Translations under genes and position numbers: made by a program
Assembly: GCA_002633005.1 (NCBI GenBank)
Contig: NMRA01000020.1
Span: 950,803-1,014,802, forward strand
From: Phoronis australis
Taxonomy: Eukaryota > Animalia > Phoronida
Direction: 5' to 3'
DNA length: 64,000 nt
Shown here: in pieces, positions 11,580 to 23,165 of the stretch
How positions within the stretch are numbered: position 1 is the first letter of the stretch
Layout: the number at the start of each line of letters is the position of its first letter
The notes under the pieces: model-generated
Told to the model about the DNA's origin: nothing
The model's database searches: none
What the model saw: the letters and a program-made list of their open reading frames with translations, nothing else

Positions 11580-12420
11580 GTCCTCATCTGCTTGTCTTCA
11601 GCGTCCTCGGCGTCTATATGTTTACTCAGTGGTGTACCTACCTACATGTACTGCAGCGGAAAACCCAGGTCTCTTTTCTCACTCAGGCTTGTCATGATAG
11701 TCTGCATGACAGGCCACAGCTGTTGCATCTGCAACGTGTGCTGCACGTACATGTAGCCTGTCTTTCTGCACTGCATGTGCTCGGCTAACTACATCAAGTA
11801 CAGCTGGGGTGCAACGGGTAGTGTTGAAGTGGTCAGTGCTACTATACTGCATCCACAGTTGGTAACTTTTTACCATGTGCGCCGGTGGTCGGCTGCCTTC
11901 CAAAGCAACATGTGAAGATTTGTTCAGAACGCGTTTAGTGGTCGTTGAAATCCGCTGGTCGCCCCGGGCTTGGAAGCGTCTTTCCCAGCGGTAGAAGTGG
12001 ACACGGTCAACGCTCATTGTTTGACAACTCTCGTCTGCTCATGCAGAGGTTCCCAAATGATCAGCATGGGTCTCACCAGACTCTCACAATAACTAGTGGA
12101 GCTCTGGAATATTTCTTTCTAATATTTTGAGGGGGCATTCAACTTTTCGTTTCTAAAGGCATAGACACTGTGTGGCAAACTGACACTACAACACTTCGGA
12201 GAAGTATGTTGGCTAGCTCTTTTTGGGGCCCAATCTGTGACCTGTTACATTTATGGGCGAGATACCACCGTTACACTCCTTCATTTGAATATTGGCATCA
12301 ACTGCCATCCGTGATGTCCAATAATCCAAGACGGACCACGAAGACGTCGTCACTGAGCATTCTGATGGCTGGGCGCCTCACGTCTTACCACGTCTGCTGC
12401 TTCATGGCTCGCTAATGAAT
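11580..12420 (-). mobile_element. Decayed C-terminal part of an Academ(X)-like transposon protein (XPG/PIN-like nuclease plus Cys-rich finger)
   Basis: Motifs in order across frameshifts: SHEAADV, IRMLSDDVFV, IQMKECNGG..INVT, SVCHTVSMP (cf. SGCDTVS), IPELH..SGETHAD, LHMLLWKAAD, PVAP/VLDVVS, CSAE..TCTCSTRCRCNSCGLSC, then an acidic tail. Family assignment is from recalled motif order. Confidence 0.65.
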
Positions 12421-15142
12421 TCACGGTGGTTCTTGTTAACCAGCTTGGTGGTGTGTGAAAGGGAATGCGCAATGTCCTACACCGAAACTATTGATCATTT
12501 GCGACTGTTTGATTACTGAAATCAAAATCCTCGTGATTAACTTAGGTTAACCAAAACTTGGATTCATTTTTCAGACAATATTAATTTGGGATGGACATGT
12601 AATTCATCATGGCGAATGATTGCCGTGCGACTGTTGATGCAATACCAAAGACTGTGAATTCTGGATGCGCACCGATTTCGACCTTTTTAACTGGCTATGG
12701 AAAATCGAATTAAGCCTTTTAATTTCAGAAAATCGGTCTTATAATATTCCCTGCCAGGATAGGATCATCTGATTCCGTTACCAACAAGAAAACCGGAGAC
12801 CACCAAGGACTCATGAAAACGCTGACCCACGAAAACGCTGAACTCTCGTATTGGAGTTGGTGAATCCTAAATCACGATTTTCGAACGCAGGCACGTCACT
12901 TGCTCGCGGCTCAGCATTCACAATATGGGATGAGCTTGATAAAGATTTTAAATCCCAAAATACTTCAGTTGAGAATTCAACACTGACAGCTAAACAACCG
13001 TGAAATGGACTACACTGACATCAAGAATTGACACCAATTTGCCGTCAGCAGGTGAAAATGACTTGAAGGTATTCACTTTTAAAAAACATCCATAAAGCCG
13101 CCTACCCACCAAGAAACAAAGTTCAGATTTAGATCACTTGCCCCGAAAAATGATCTCGGCCTTTACCTCATTCAGACGATCATTGATTTGTGTGTTTGCA
13201 AGGACCTGACAGTTCATTATTCCTTTAGAGCATGAGTCAACTTATAGAGCCTGGTCTCAATTGCAATAGCGAATTGTCAGTTCTTCGGCAGGCCTGAAAT
13301 CACCACCAATTTGACTGAGAAATAACTTGATGCCAATGTCATAACACATGCAGAAAGTGGCCTATACTATCAAAAATTTCTTTTGTGGTGGAAGGCAAGT
13401 TTACCGATACATGACATCAATTAGTAAAATCAAACGCATTTGGCATAATAGGCAGTTTCCTGCTGTAACTTTCCTGCCCTGTAACCAGAAACGACTTCAT
13501 GTACATTCTATTGTCTGCCAGTCAGGCAGAATGACATTCAATTAAAAACTGTTAACATGCCCTTGGGCAGTTGTTACTCTAGCCTGTGAAAATTGCAAGG
13601 ACAGTTTGCCAATAATTGTACTCATTAACAGTTCAAAATTGATTGTAAAATGAAAATAGCTCAGCAGGACGGTTCGGTTTGTTGCTAACACCAATAAAGC
13701 ACGTCAAAATGTTTTGTAAGATACTGCACCGGAATAGATTGATCAAAAGAAATGTTGCAACTAATTTCAGCGTCCCCTAGTGTACTTTCCTTGGCCAACT
13801 CCAGAGCCACAATTTCTTGTTAGCAGGATATTAACACGGTAGGTAAAATACCAAAAAGATTGTATTTTGATTTTATGATATTACGAGTATTGGATGTCCA
13901 TTGGCATAATCAGATTTTATAATCAAATCTTGGTCAGGAAGTTGCCATTAGACTTGGTGCATCTGCGAAATAGCAAGTCTTTGTGAGCCATGCTTTACAC
14001 AGAATGCTTTGTGTTCTGACAGGCACGCCACAAGTTATGTTCATTACAGGTATTTTATTACAACTTTTACAAGATTCTAAATAAAGTTGTAACAATCTGA
14101 GAGCCTTTGTGCATGTTTTCTGCAAAAGACAATTTTTGTAGACAACAGTAGAACTACAATACAGTCAGGTCAGCAATAGAGCAGTGTGTTCAACTGTCGG
14201 GCAGAGAATATGTGTAAATAATACTAGAATAACCATTATCTCAATATAAATAAATTTAACACATAAAGTGCATCGTTGCATATTAAAACTACATCATTCA
14301 GCTGACACCATAAATCACTTCAAAGCAGAGACTCAAAGATATAAATCTGCCCTGTGTATATGAGACACTAATCTCAGCTTCAACAAGTGAATGTTTGAAA
14401 ACAGAGAATGTTCACTGGCTCTTACCACCTCCTGGGGTGACAGTGCCCCCTATTGACTGATATCACAGAGAGGTGGCAAGACCACGCAAGTTTCAGTGTG
14501 ATATCTTGAGTAGTCTAGTCACGGCATGTAACCTCACATGACTTCACTTATCAGTAAGCAAAAAGTGAACATTATTCAACAGCAAAATGACATTGGTTTC
14601 AATTATTTGACACACAAAATTGTCCTGAGCTTATTCCTCAAAATTTCAACACATCTGAGTTCAGGTTTTCAATGAACTAAATGAGTTTTTCTTTTAGACA
14701 AACTTCTCACAGCAGTTTGGTGTAACAAATTACCATGACCAAAGAGTGAGATTCTAAATAACTTAAAACCAATGTAGTTGACTGGCAGGGAATTCAGTAA
14801 TCCTTGAGTCAAATAGAATACGGTCCTTTCAGCATACATTATTAATTTTTTTCAATCCTGAAAAATCGAAGGCAAAATCCTTTATTTTTCACATCCTGTC
14901 CAATTTATTTTATCAACCTAACTCACAGTATAGCAGGTAAAGATCCTTGGTACAAAAGCAAGAGATGCACGTGACCGTTTCATTCCATTTTGAGTGTCGG
15001 CATCAACATAAGCGTAATAAAAGTGTATTCCAGAAATACATCATGACAACCAAGGATATCAAATTCACTATGACCACCAATGTGTAGAATTCAACATGGT
15101 AGTCATCAAATGTATCAAATCCATGCATCATTGTTGCGTAGG

Positions 15143-15410
15143 CTAACACACAGCTAGTTGTTCTTCCGACAAGCTTCCACATGTAACATTATTGTTTATG
15201 CTCTCCGGAAATGCTGTAAGACTGTCTCTCAGTTTATATTTTTTGGCAGGTCCAACATCCTCCACTGCACAATCATCGTTGTTATTTGTTGTCAAGGCGC
15301 GTCTGCAGCCAATGGGTGAACCAAATGGTGATCGCAGAGGCACCGAGGTGCAATGTTCATCAGATCTTAACCACGGGTCTAGAAGACATTCACTAGCTGA
15401 TAATCTCTCA
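15143..15410 (-). CDS. STK17: DRAK/STK17-like kinase, last coding exon (subdomain XI and C-tail)
   Basis: tacag|T GAG AGA..., 268 nt. Encodes ERLSASECLLDPWL...GPAKKYKLRDSL...EQLAVC*. The AKKYKLRDSL segment resembles the DRAK C-tail SKRFRFDDSL. Confidence 0.92.
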
Positions 15411-15947
15411 CTGTAGAAACAAAAAGTAGGCCATTAACAACGCTATTCAGTGACTACACAACTTCTGCGACAAAACCTATACTCGAGACCACGGGAGAAA
15501 TGCCCATCGGAAAAATTTAATGTTAATCAGTAAAGCGCCGATGACATAAAGCTTCCGACACTGATCCAAAAAGTTTGTAGCAGAAAAGTGTTCACATCGG
15601 CTGGTAGTTGGATGGTAATCTGGAGTGCCAGTCACCAAAACTAACTATTAATCTAAATAAAAATCAACCTACCATACTGGGCATTATGCCACCCAATCAG
15701 CGGAGTCGCCCAAGCATTGATCAACACGTGATCAAGGTGCAAGACAAAAATTGAGCAAGAATCTTGGTGAAAACTTGAAACAATGGAAAAATTGTGCGAT
15801 TACTTACTTAAAGGAAAACAACATCAGTTAACCTAAAAGAGCACTAGAGAAAAGTTACAACACTTTCCTGTTTTGGGTTTGTCATTTTACTGATTTTCAA
15901 CAAGCGAAAATCACTTTCATATATATCGATGATGCAGTTCTATTTAC

Positions 15948-16127
15948 CTTGGTTCCCTAACGAGACACTTGCTAATAAAGTCTTTTGCTTGGTTTGAAAC
16001 GTCAGCAAACAAATCCTCCGGGAAGTCCAGATTGACCTGTGCTATATTGAGGAAGGTTTCTTGCTTGTCATCTCCAGCAAACGGTGAATGGCCAGTTAGC
16101 ATTACATAGGCTAGAACTCCAATACTC
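15948..16127 (-). CDS. STK17: DRAK/STK17 exon 6 (subdomains IX-X)
   Basis: ccag|G AGT...CCA AG|gtaaat, 180 nt. Encodes [59 protein letters not shown], including the DRAK signature [15 protein letters not shown]. Confidence 0.96.
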
Positions 16128-16752
16128 CTGGAATACGGGCACAGTCATGGGTTAAAGAACCAATCAATATGGTTTTGAGTATCAGAAGACATAAATTGTA
16201 ACTAAAATTGATCTGCATTGCTTTAAAGGTTGAGCAGCCAGAATGAGGCATTCTTGTGACCAGACTCGTGTCATTTTCAAATCTGCAACAGGAATTTTTG
16301 TTAGCAAAATAGATTTCAAATAGATCATCACAATTGAGGCAGACACTGAATTGAGAATGTCATAAAATATCAAAAACAATGACAGTCATAAATATCAGGG
16401 TTATTAGCCATCGGTGATTAATAAAATAGACAATGTCCCTCTCTCCACACTTGACTGAAAACAAAGATAAATGTTTGTAATTCAGTCAGAGGCTTGATTC
16501 ATGCTGACAAGTGATGCGGGTTCACCATTTTATCACGGACTTCATTCACCCTGTCATCTGCTTTATTACCCTTCCACAAAGATTTCCTTTATCAGCATTC
16601 AAATTCAGCAAAAATGACCCTGAATGACAATTCTAATCTCAGACACAGAGTTCAAATGGTTTGCTGTAAACAACATCAGTCCCCTGGGAGCCAAACATTA
16701 AGACACCAAGTAGTAATCACTTACACACATTGAATTATCTACATCTACTCAC

Positions 16753-16801
16753 CAGATGTCAGTGTATGTACTGATAGGTTCATAACTAAGAACTTCGGGG
16801 G
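16753..16801 (-). CDS. STK17: DRAK/STK17 exon 5 (APE motif)
   Basis: ttcag|CC CCC GAA...ATC TG|gtgagt, 49 nt, phase 1-2. Encodes APEVLSYEPISTYTDIW. Confidence 0.95.
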
Positions 16802-18247
16802 CTGAAATGAACAAGTATTGACCATAAAATACAATGGCTGATTATTGACAACTTGATAAGCACTCCTTTGTTTTCCTCACCAACTTATGGCTTGAGAAAA
16901 TGTACTTTGTCCACTGTGGGAGCACAGTACACTTACTGAACATGACACTAGGTGGCATTTTGAGTACTTGCTGTTGGTCTGCCTTTAAGTGCAAATGAAA
17001 TATGAAGGAGATAGAATGATCTTAAGTATCAAAAATAGACACCTATAATAACATTAACACTGGTTTCGAAATGAGTAATTAAGTTGGCAAAGAACAGTTT
17101 TTAAGGAAAAAAATCAGAGATTGATAATACCGGTAAATTCATAATGTACCATGGATTTCTTCACTCATGACCACAAAGTGGGGCCAAAAATTATTTGTTG
17201 TGAATTTATTATTAATCCCGTCATCCCCAATAACACTTTAAGCAAAATATGTGAAATATATGATAAGTCGACAGAACTCAGTGTGAACAATATAGCAACT
17301 TAAATCAAGCAGGCATAAACAGAGAACCTTTTTCAATGTAAACATTCACACAAGTTTGATAATCATATTGTAAATTGTGCACTTAAATTACACGTTAATA
17401 CATGCAAGTCACACAAACCCATTCTTTCCCACTTCTGCATCCAAAAAAATATTCTTGGGGCAGCACATTTATAGCAAAATTTCACCAGTTTGAGACAAAA
17501 TATGGCAAACAAGAGATTTTTTCAACTTTTAGATTCCATATCGTATCTAGATAATATAATGAAACATTCTGCATAGTCAAAACAATGCGTAAGCCTTTGA
17601 AATAACAATAACGATCAATTTTGGCAACGTTTTGACTGTCTTAAATTGGTGAACTTTCACTACAGTCATACTCCGGTAAGACAGTATGGGTTTAAAGAAT
17701 AGCTAAGCAAAAAGTTACAAAATGATCAAGGTAGCAACAACAAGAAGAAAGTTAAGCATCAGAGCAGAAAACCATGAAAATGGTGACACTGCCAAGAATT
17801 GGTACCACAAAGGTTATACACTGAATACATTGGAACATGATATCATCCATTGCATGTCATATTGTTATATTGAAGTTAAAGTTGGGAGAATAATCACTAC
17901 TTTTTTCCCTATATAATGAGGACCAAAGTCGCTAAAAAATAAAATAATATGAAAAAATGCATGCGAGACTCTCTTTGGTTGAAAGTCAAACGAATGATAC
18001 AAAACACAAAACTGATCTTTAGGTCTTAACCTGTGAATTGACTTGCAAGTTTTATGCAGTCTAAGAATGAAGGTTGTTGATTATTGTGAGGCACTCAACA
18101 GGGACATTCCACTATTGCATAATCACATGCTATTTCACTGTAAATATCAAGTGTATAACTTTCATGAATATGGGCACACAGAGAAAGGAACAAGGTTATA
18201 AAGTTTGCCATCATTGGGATTTGATGGCCCAGTTGGTTGACTCTTAC

Positions 18248-18374
18248 CAACGTAGTCAGGTGTGCCGACAATAGCGCAAACATCTTTGCTGTCATGAACA
18301 AAGTGGGCGCAGCTAAAGTCGGCAATTTTCAGCTCGCCTTTCGGATAGGTATCCATTAGTAATATGTTCTGGGG
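18248..18374 (-). CDS. STK17: DRAK/STK17 alternative exon 4B (activation segment, DFS variant)
   Basis: ttctgcag|CCC CAG...GTT G|gtaaga, 127 nt, phase 0-1, open frame. Encodes PQNILLMDTYPKGELKIADFSCAHFVHDSKDVCAIVGTPDYV. Confidence 0.88.
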
Positions 18375-19162
18375 CTGCAGAATAGTGAAAGAATATGACA
18401 CAATCAGGTTTGTCTGGGACATCGACAAGTCGCGGCACAGACAAAACTGAAGACCACCTGCTGATTTTCATGCATGGCACTGCCTCTTGTTTGACGGATG
18501 TGCATACCAATCTAGGAGCAGGTTTTCTACATCTCAGCTTATTTTTACCAACTCGTAAACGATTTTCTAGAAATCCAAGAGAACATCAATGCAAACTTAA
18601 AATTACTGAAACATGCCAGCAATGCTGAGCTGACCGCGAGTTTAAAGCCATGCATTAAAAATCAGAAAGAATCGACAATGTCAGTATATGTCGTGCTTTC
18701 AGAGAAACGAGGTATCCTGTTTGTGGCATACGTCTCAAGTCAGTGGACTTCAATACGGACTACAATGTTCTTTAAAGAACAACCAACTAACTCCCTCAGG
18801 TATTCCAAAACCAAGTCACTGACTAAGTACTTCACAAACATGTTACCTCGACAAATAATCATTTTACAGTTCATCAAAACGTGGTCACTCCTATAGAATA
18901 ATGGGACCGTGAGAGAGAATTCTGCCAAAATATTCATATTTGGAATATGTAGTGTCCAAGTAGGGTTTATTTTCGTTATTGTGGCAAAAGACATAAACAC
19001 TTTTTCTCACAGAAGACATCGCCTTTTGTTTGAGGTTAGTGGCAAAATGTATCCCAAAATTCTCCACCAAGAAAGGAGCAGGGCAGGTTTTGGAGAAACT
19101 GTTAAATGTCAGTAGAACAGATAGATAAGACCATCACCATGACAACAGGTGGTTTCACTCAC

Positions 19163-19289
19163 CAACATAATCGAGAGTGCCCACAATGTCCCTCAGTTCT
19201 TTGTGTTTCAACAAGAACCGAGCAAAACCAAAGTCGCACAACTTTATTTTGCCTTGTGGGTAGGGAGTAGTGAGCAGTATATTTTGTGG
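19163..19289 (-). CDS. STK17: DRAK/STK17 alternative exon 4A (activation segment, DFG variant)
   Basis: tttacacag|CCA CAA...GTT G|gtgagt, 127 nt, phase 0-1, open frame. Encodes PQNILLTTPYPQGKIKLCDFGFARFLLKHKELRDIVGTLDYV. Confidence 0.92.
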
Positions 19290-19588
19290 CTGTGTAAAAT
19301 ATAGGCAATATAGGGCGCAATTTGTCACAACTCACTCAGCAGAAGTATAAAATGTACGCAACATTACTAAATCTAGGAATCATAACAATTACATCATTCT
19401 AGACAAGTTAAGTATTACTAATAAAGTATACATCTAAGCACTTTTGCCACAAAAATAGTTTAACAAAATCTGGGAATAAGACAAAATGAAAACTGCAAAC
19501 AATGTCAAATTCAATTTAACATTTTGTGAGAAAATTTTGAAGTTATTCTTCCACAATAAAGTTCATAGTCAGCAAAGCAAATGCATAC

Positions 19589-19730
19589 CTTTAAGTCTAA
19601 ATGTACAATATTTCTTTCGTGCAGAAACTGAAGTCCCTCTAGTGTCTGCCTCAAAAGTTTTACTACGTCTTTCTCTTTGAAATCCTCCTCCAAACCCAAG
19701 CAATAGCTATGAAGTTCTCCCCCTGCAGCA
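19589..19730 (-). CDS. STK17: DRAK/STK17 exon 3 (hinge to catalytic loop)
   Basis: cacag|T GCT...AAG|gtatgc, 142 nt, phase 2-0. Encodes [47 protein letters not shown], with the non-RD HLDLK typical of the DAPK/DRAK/MLCK group. Confidence 0.96.
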
Positions 19731-20316
19731 CTGTGGAGGCAAAACGGTTAGTAAGTAAACATCCAAATAAACACGACTTTCAAAACATTCAAGTCCAGGA
19801 AGTACATGAAAAACTATACAGATTAGTGCAATGAAGTCTTGACAACTACAATTGCCGAACAACCTTCTTGCATTTATCTAGGGTTTTTAACATTGCTGTG
19901 ACTGCTCATATTATCTTATGGTAGCTATGGTACACGATTGTGACACGGAAAAAGCAAATTCACATCTCCCCCATCCTAAACTGATGAGATTTTATGGTAT
20001 GTCACACATATACCAGAGGTTGACGAATTCCTCAACACATCTCCTGGTATCTTGTGGGCTGTGTACATCCAAGTACTAAAACAGAATCTGTAAACACTGT
20101 CTGTAGAATGTGACACTTTCAATCAACATCTGGTTGACAAAGTGTTGTTTTTCTCTAGACCAACAAGTGGGAAAAGCTAAAATCTCTGACTTATCTACCA
20201 AAAAAAACATAAATCCTTTTCCAAGTTAATAAATCTGATACTAGTCAAGGGTCAACAGAAGCTGTGAAGTTAAGTTGACCATTAGCTTTGGAAACCAACC
20301 TCCCAGTTATTGCTAA

Positions 20317-20389
20317 GTGGTGCTATTGTCATCATTATTACTAGGTGGTGCTATTGTCATCATTATTACTAGGTGGTGCTATTGTCATC
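20317..20389. repeat. 28-bp tandem repeat, ~2.6 copies
   Basis: Unit GTGGTGCTATTGTCATCATTATTACTAG. Confidence 0.9.
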
Positions 20390-22952
20390 CCAGTTATGGC
20401 AAGGTGATGTAATGTGTCTTAAGAAATATGAACCACACTCTTTGACAACAGCAGTGACCCCTGTAATAACTTTTTTGGACAGGAAATTTGAGCATTCAAA
20501 CTTAGCAACGAAGCTGTCAAATCCTCCTGTTTACCTTGAAGTAAAATTTGAGTTGTTATTGGATTCGAAGCCAAACTGAGGCTCGGTGGCTCCCCCACCC
20601 AAGCGTGGACGTTAGTGGCAAAAGCCTGACAATTCACAATGAATCAACATTACCAATGCACAGTTATGTTTACCTAAGGACTTTATAATTGAATGTATTT
20701 TCACATAAAAAATACTGAAATTCCTTGTTTGACTGAAATGCAAGTTTTTGCACCTGTATCAAACAAATTTTGCAGAAAGATTCTCCTGAGTAAGGGAGAG
20801 AGCAGTCATTTGGGAGAAAGATTTGCAGAGCTGCTGACTCACCACGTAACTCTGTAATGGGAAGGAGCACCACAGGAATGCTGCTAATTTTCCATAAAAC
20901 TGACAGCTTTTTTTAACAATTAATTCATAAAAAATTAGATACGCAGCAGAAAGTAAAAAAACACTTTATTTTCAGCATTTTTAAAGTAATTTATGCATAA
21001 CATTTGAAACTTTCGTTGAACATGAGGTTTTAATTTTCATATTAGGGCAGCACCAGTCAAAGACAGAAACTTTTTAATGTAAGCCTTATCCTACATATGG
21101 ACTGAGCCTTCCAAAAAGGCAATGGTGATTATTAAACATAATATAAACCAAGTCAGATAAAATTACACGTAAGAGGACCTCTGGTGGCAAACCATGTACA
21201 TGGAAACCTGATAAGTTGTGTTTACTCAAGTCAATGTTATGACATTTAAACAGTATTAACAAAAGAGGATTACCAATGATAAGCTGTTTACAAGTGAAAT
21301 TAGACAAAAGAAAAGCGGCTCCAATCAGTGTGTGGCTATCATAATATGATGTTTAGGACCACATGAGACCTCAGCATTCAGTTATAAAATGGTATTCAGG
21401 TGGATTTCAGTGCTACATCCTATATATGGGTAGTGGACATAGTAGTAGTTTGTGACATGCATTCATCAGTAGGTCATGGAGGACAATCCACAATGGCATT
21501 ACCAGAGGAATGTTCTGTTCAAAAGAAACACAAATTTTATTAACCCAATCACTTGTGCCTAGTTACCAAAATGTATTTCTATTTGCAAAATGTATGCAAA
21601 TAAATGGGTTACAGCAAAATAATAGTGGCAAAATTAAAATGACTAAAAACGACAATGACCATTTTTATGGCATCTGTTCAGGGCAGCAAGTGGAGAGTGG
21701 TGATAGAGTGACTTACCAGTCTTATTACCACCCAAAGGAAATTTAATCTGGTTCACTTCGAAAGCTTCACAATCCCTGTTTATATTTTGTAACTCCTGTA
21801 ACAAACACCCAAGAGAAGAGTGCTTTTTTTTGCACTTTTGAAAAGTGCATCAAGAGCTAAAGCTAAACTTGTTTGAAATCCAAGAGCTGTAGTTACCTAA
21901 TTCGCACCATCTCTATAGACAGCTCGTAGCTGAGTGCCTATCAAGTGTTCTTGAAGGAAACCTTAGAATAACAGATTGATACGGCGAATCCCTGGTAATC
22001 TATTTGCGGAATTATCCCCAACGACTGGTCTGCAGGTAACCATGTACAGTATGCAATAGCCACTTGAATAACAAACTGTCAGTTTTGCGACAGGTATCGT
22101 TGTAGACTGGGCATTTTGTGATCAACGCCAGGTGTGTTCAACTGAGAATTCTTGAAAACAACCCGGCAGAATACTATGATGTAAAGATAAAAGTACGAAG
22201 AAAGAGTACTTGTATTACTCTTGGGGAAATCAAAATATACTTAAAACTGAAACTGTTGAACTCTGCTTTTTGTATAAAAATAAGTGTGAGATCTACAAAA
22301 GGCAAGACTGCAGCTGGCTTGAATATTTTGCTAGGTCTAATCAGATCAGATCAGAGCTCTGGGTTGGACATTTGTATTCGGAATTATTTTTTACATTCTC
22401 CATTCTACTTTACACAAAAAGTCAAGGCACAACAAGTGTCTATTTCCTGGGCACAAGTAATGAGTGTTTATTCCAGGTTTGCACTTGATGACCCATAGAT
22501 TCAAGTTATGAACATGACTTCAAACACAAAGTTACAGGGTTAATTGTGGGGTCATCAAGTGAATGGTAAGACTAGACAGCCATTCATGAAAAGCAAAGGG
22601 GACTCAGGTACAGAATAATAAACAGTTATATCAAGTTCGCACAGAAATAGAACGAACAGGTCAAAAATAATTTTGAGATGGATTTCAAGGAAAAATGTGG
22701 ACTTGGCCCAGATCAACATAGGTATAGACACATTAGTGTGCCAATGGTTAGTTACCCATGTCATTATCCAAATCACATGTTCAGCATGAGTTTTTTTAAA
22801 CAGTGAACAGTTACTTTGGTTTTCAGTTTTTCAGTACACTGTTTGTCGGTTACTCATACGTGTTGGCTTATTCAAAAACAAAACTTGACACTAAGCCAAT
22901 GACACTATTTGTGCATGGACCATGTGCCAAGGCAATAGCAGATATCACTCAC

Positions 22953-23165
22953 AGTTCCATGATGACTATCAAGTCATGCGCCGACTCAAACACTTCCTTC
23001 ATGTCGATCAATCGAGGATGATGCAGCGCAATCTCCAACATCACCAGCTCCACCAAGATATCCTTCCTGCAGTCTTGACCTTTGCGACTCTTACGGATGA
23101 ACTTTGCTGCGTACTCTTCACCAGTTTCCTTGTGCTTCACTTTCTTGACCACGGCAAACTTTCCT
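22953..23165 (-). CDS. STK17: DRAK/STK17 exon 2 (Gly-loop to subdomain V)
   Basis: tccag|A GGA AAG...GAA CT|gtgagt, 213 nt, phase 2-2. Encodes RGKFAVVKKVKHKETGEEYAAKFIRKSRKGQDCRKDILVEL..., with the DRAK-specific GKFAVV and basic-loop RKGQDCR motifs. Confidence 0.97.

Noticed and set aside
15143-15160. C-terminal LAVC as a prenylation signal
   Set aside because: The Cys is the last residue, so this is not a CaaX, CC or CxC motif.
18847-18890. 44-nt AG/GT-bounded unit between 4A and 4B as a third variant or poison exon
   Set aside because: No similarity to exon 4 and early stops. Such short units arise by chance, so it is unsupported without RNA data.
18248-19289. Exon 4 duplication as an assembly or haplotype artefact
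   Set aside because: The copies are far too diverged (about half the residues differ), the flanking introns are unrelated, and there is no gap nearby.
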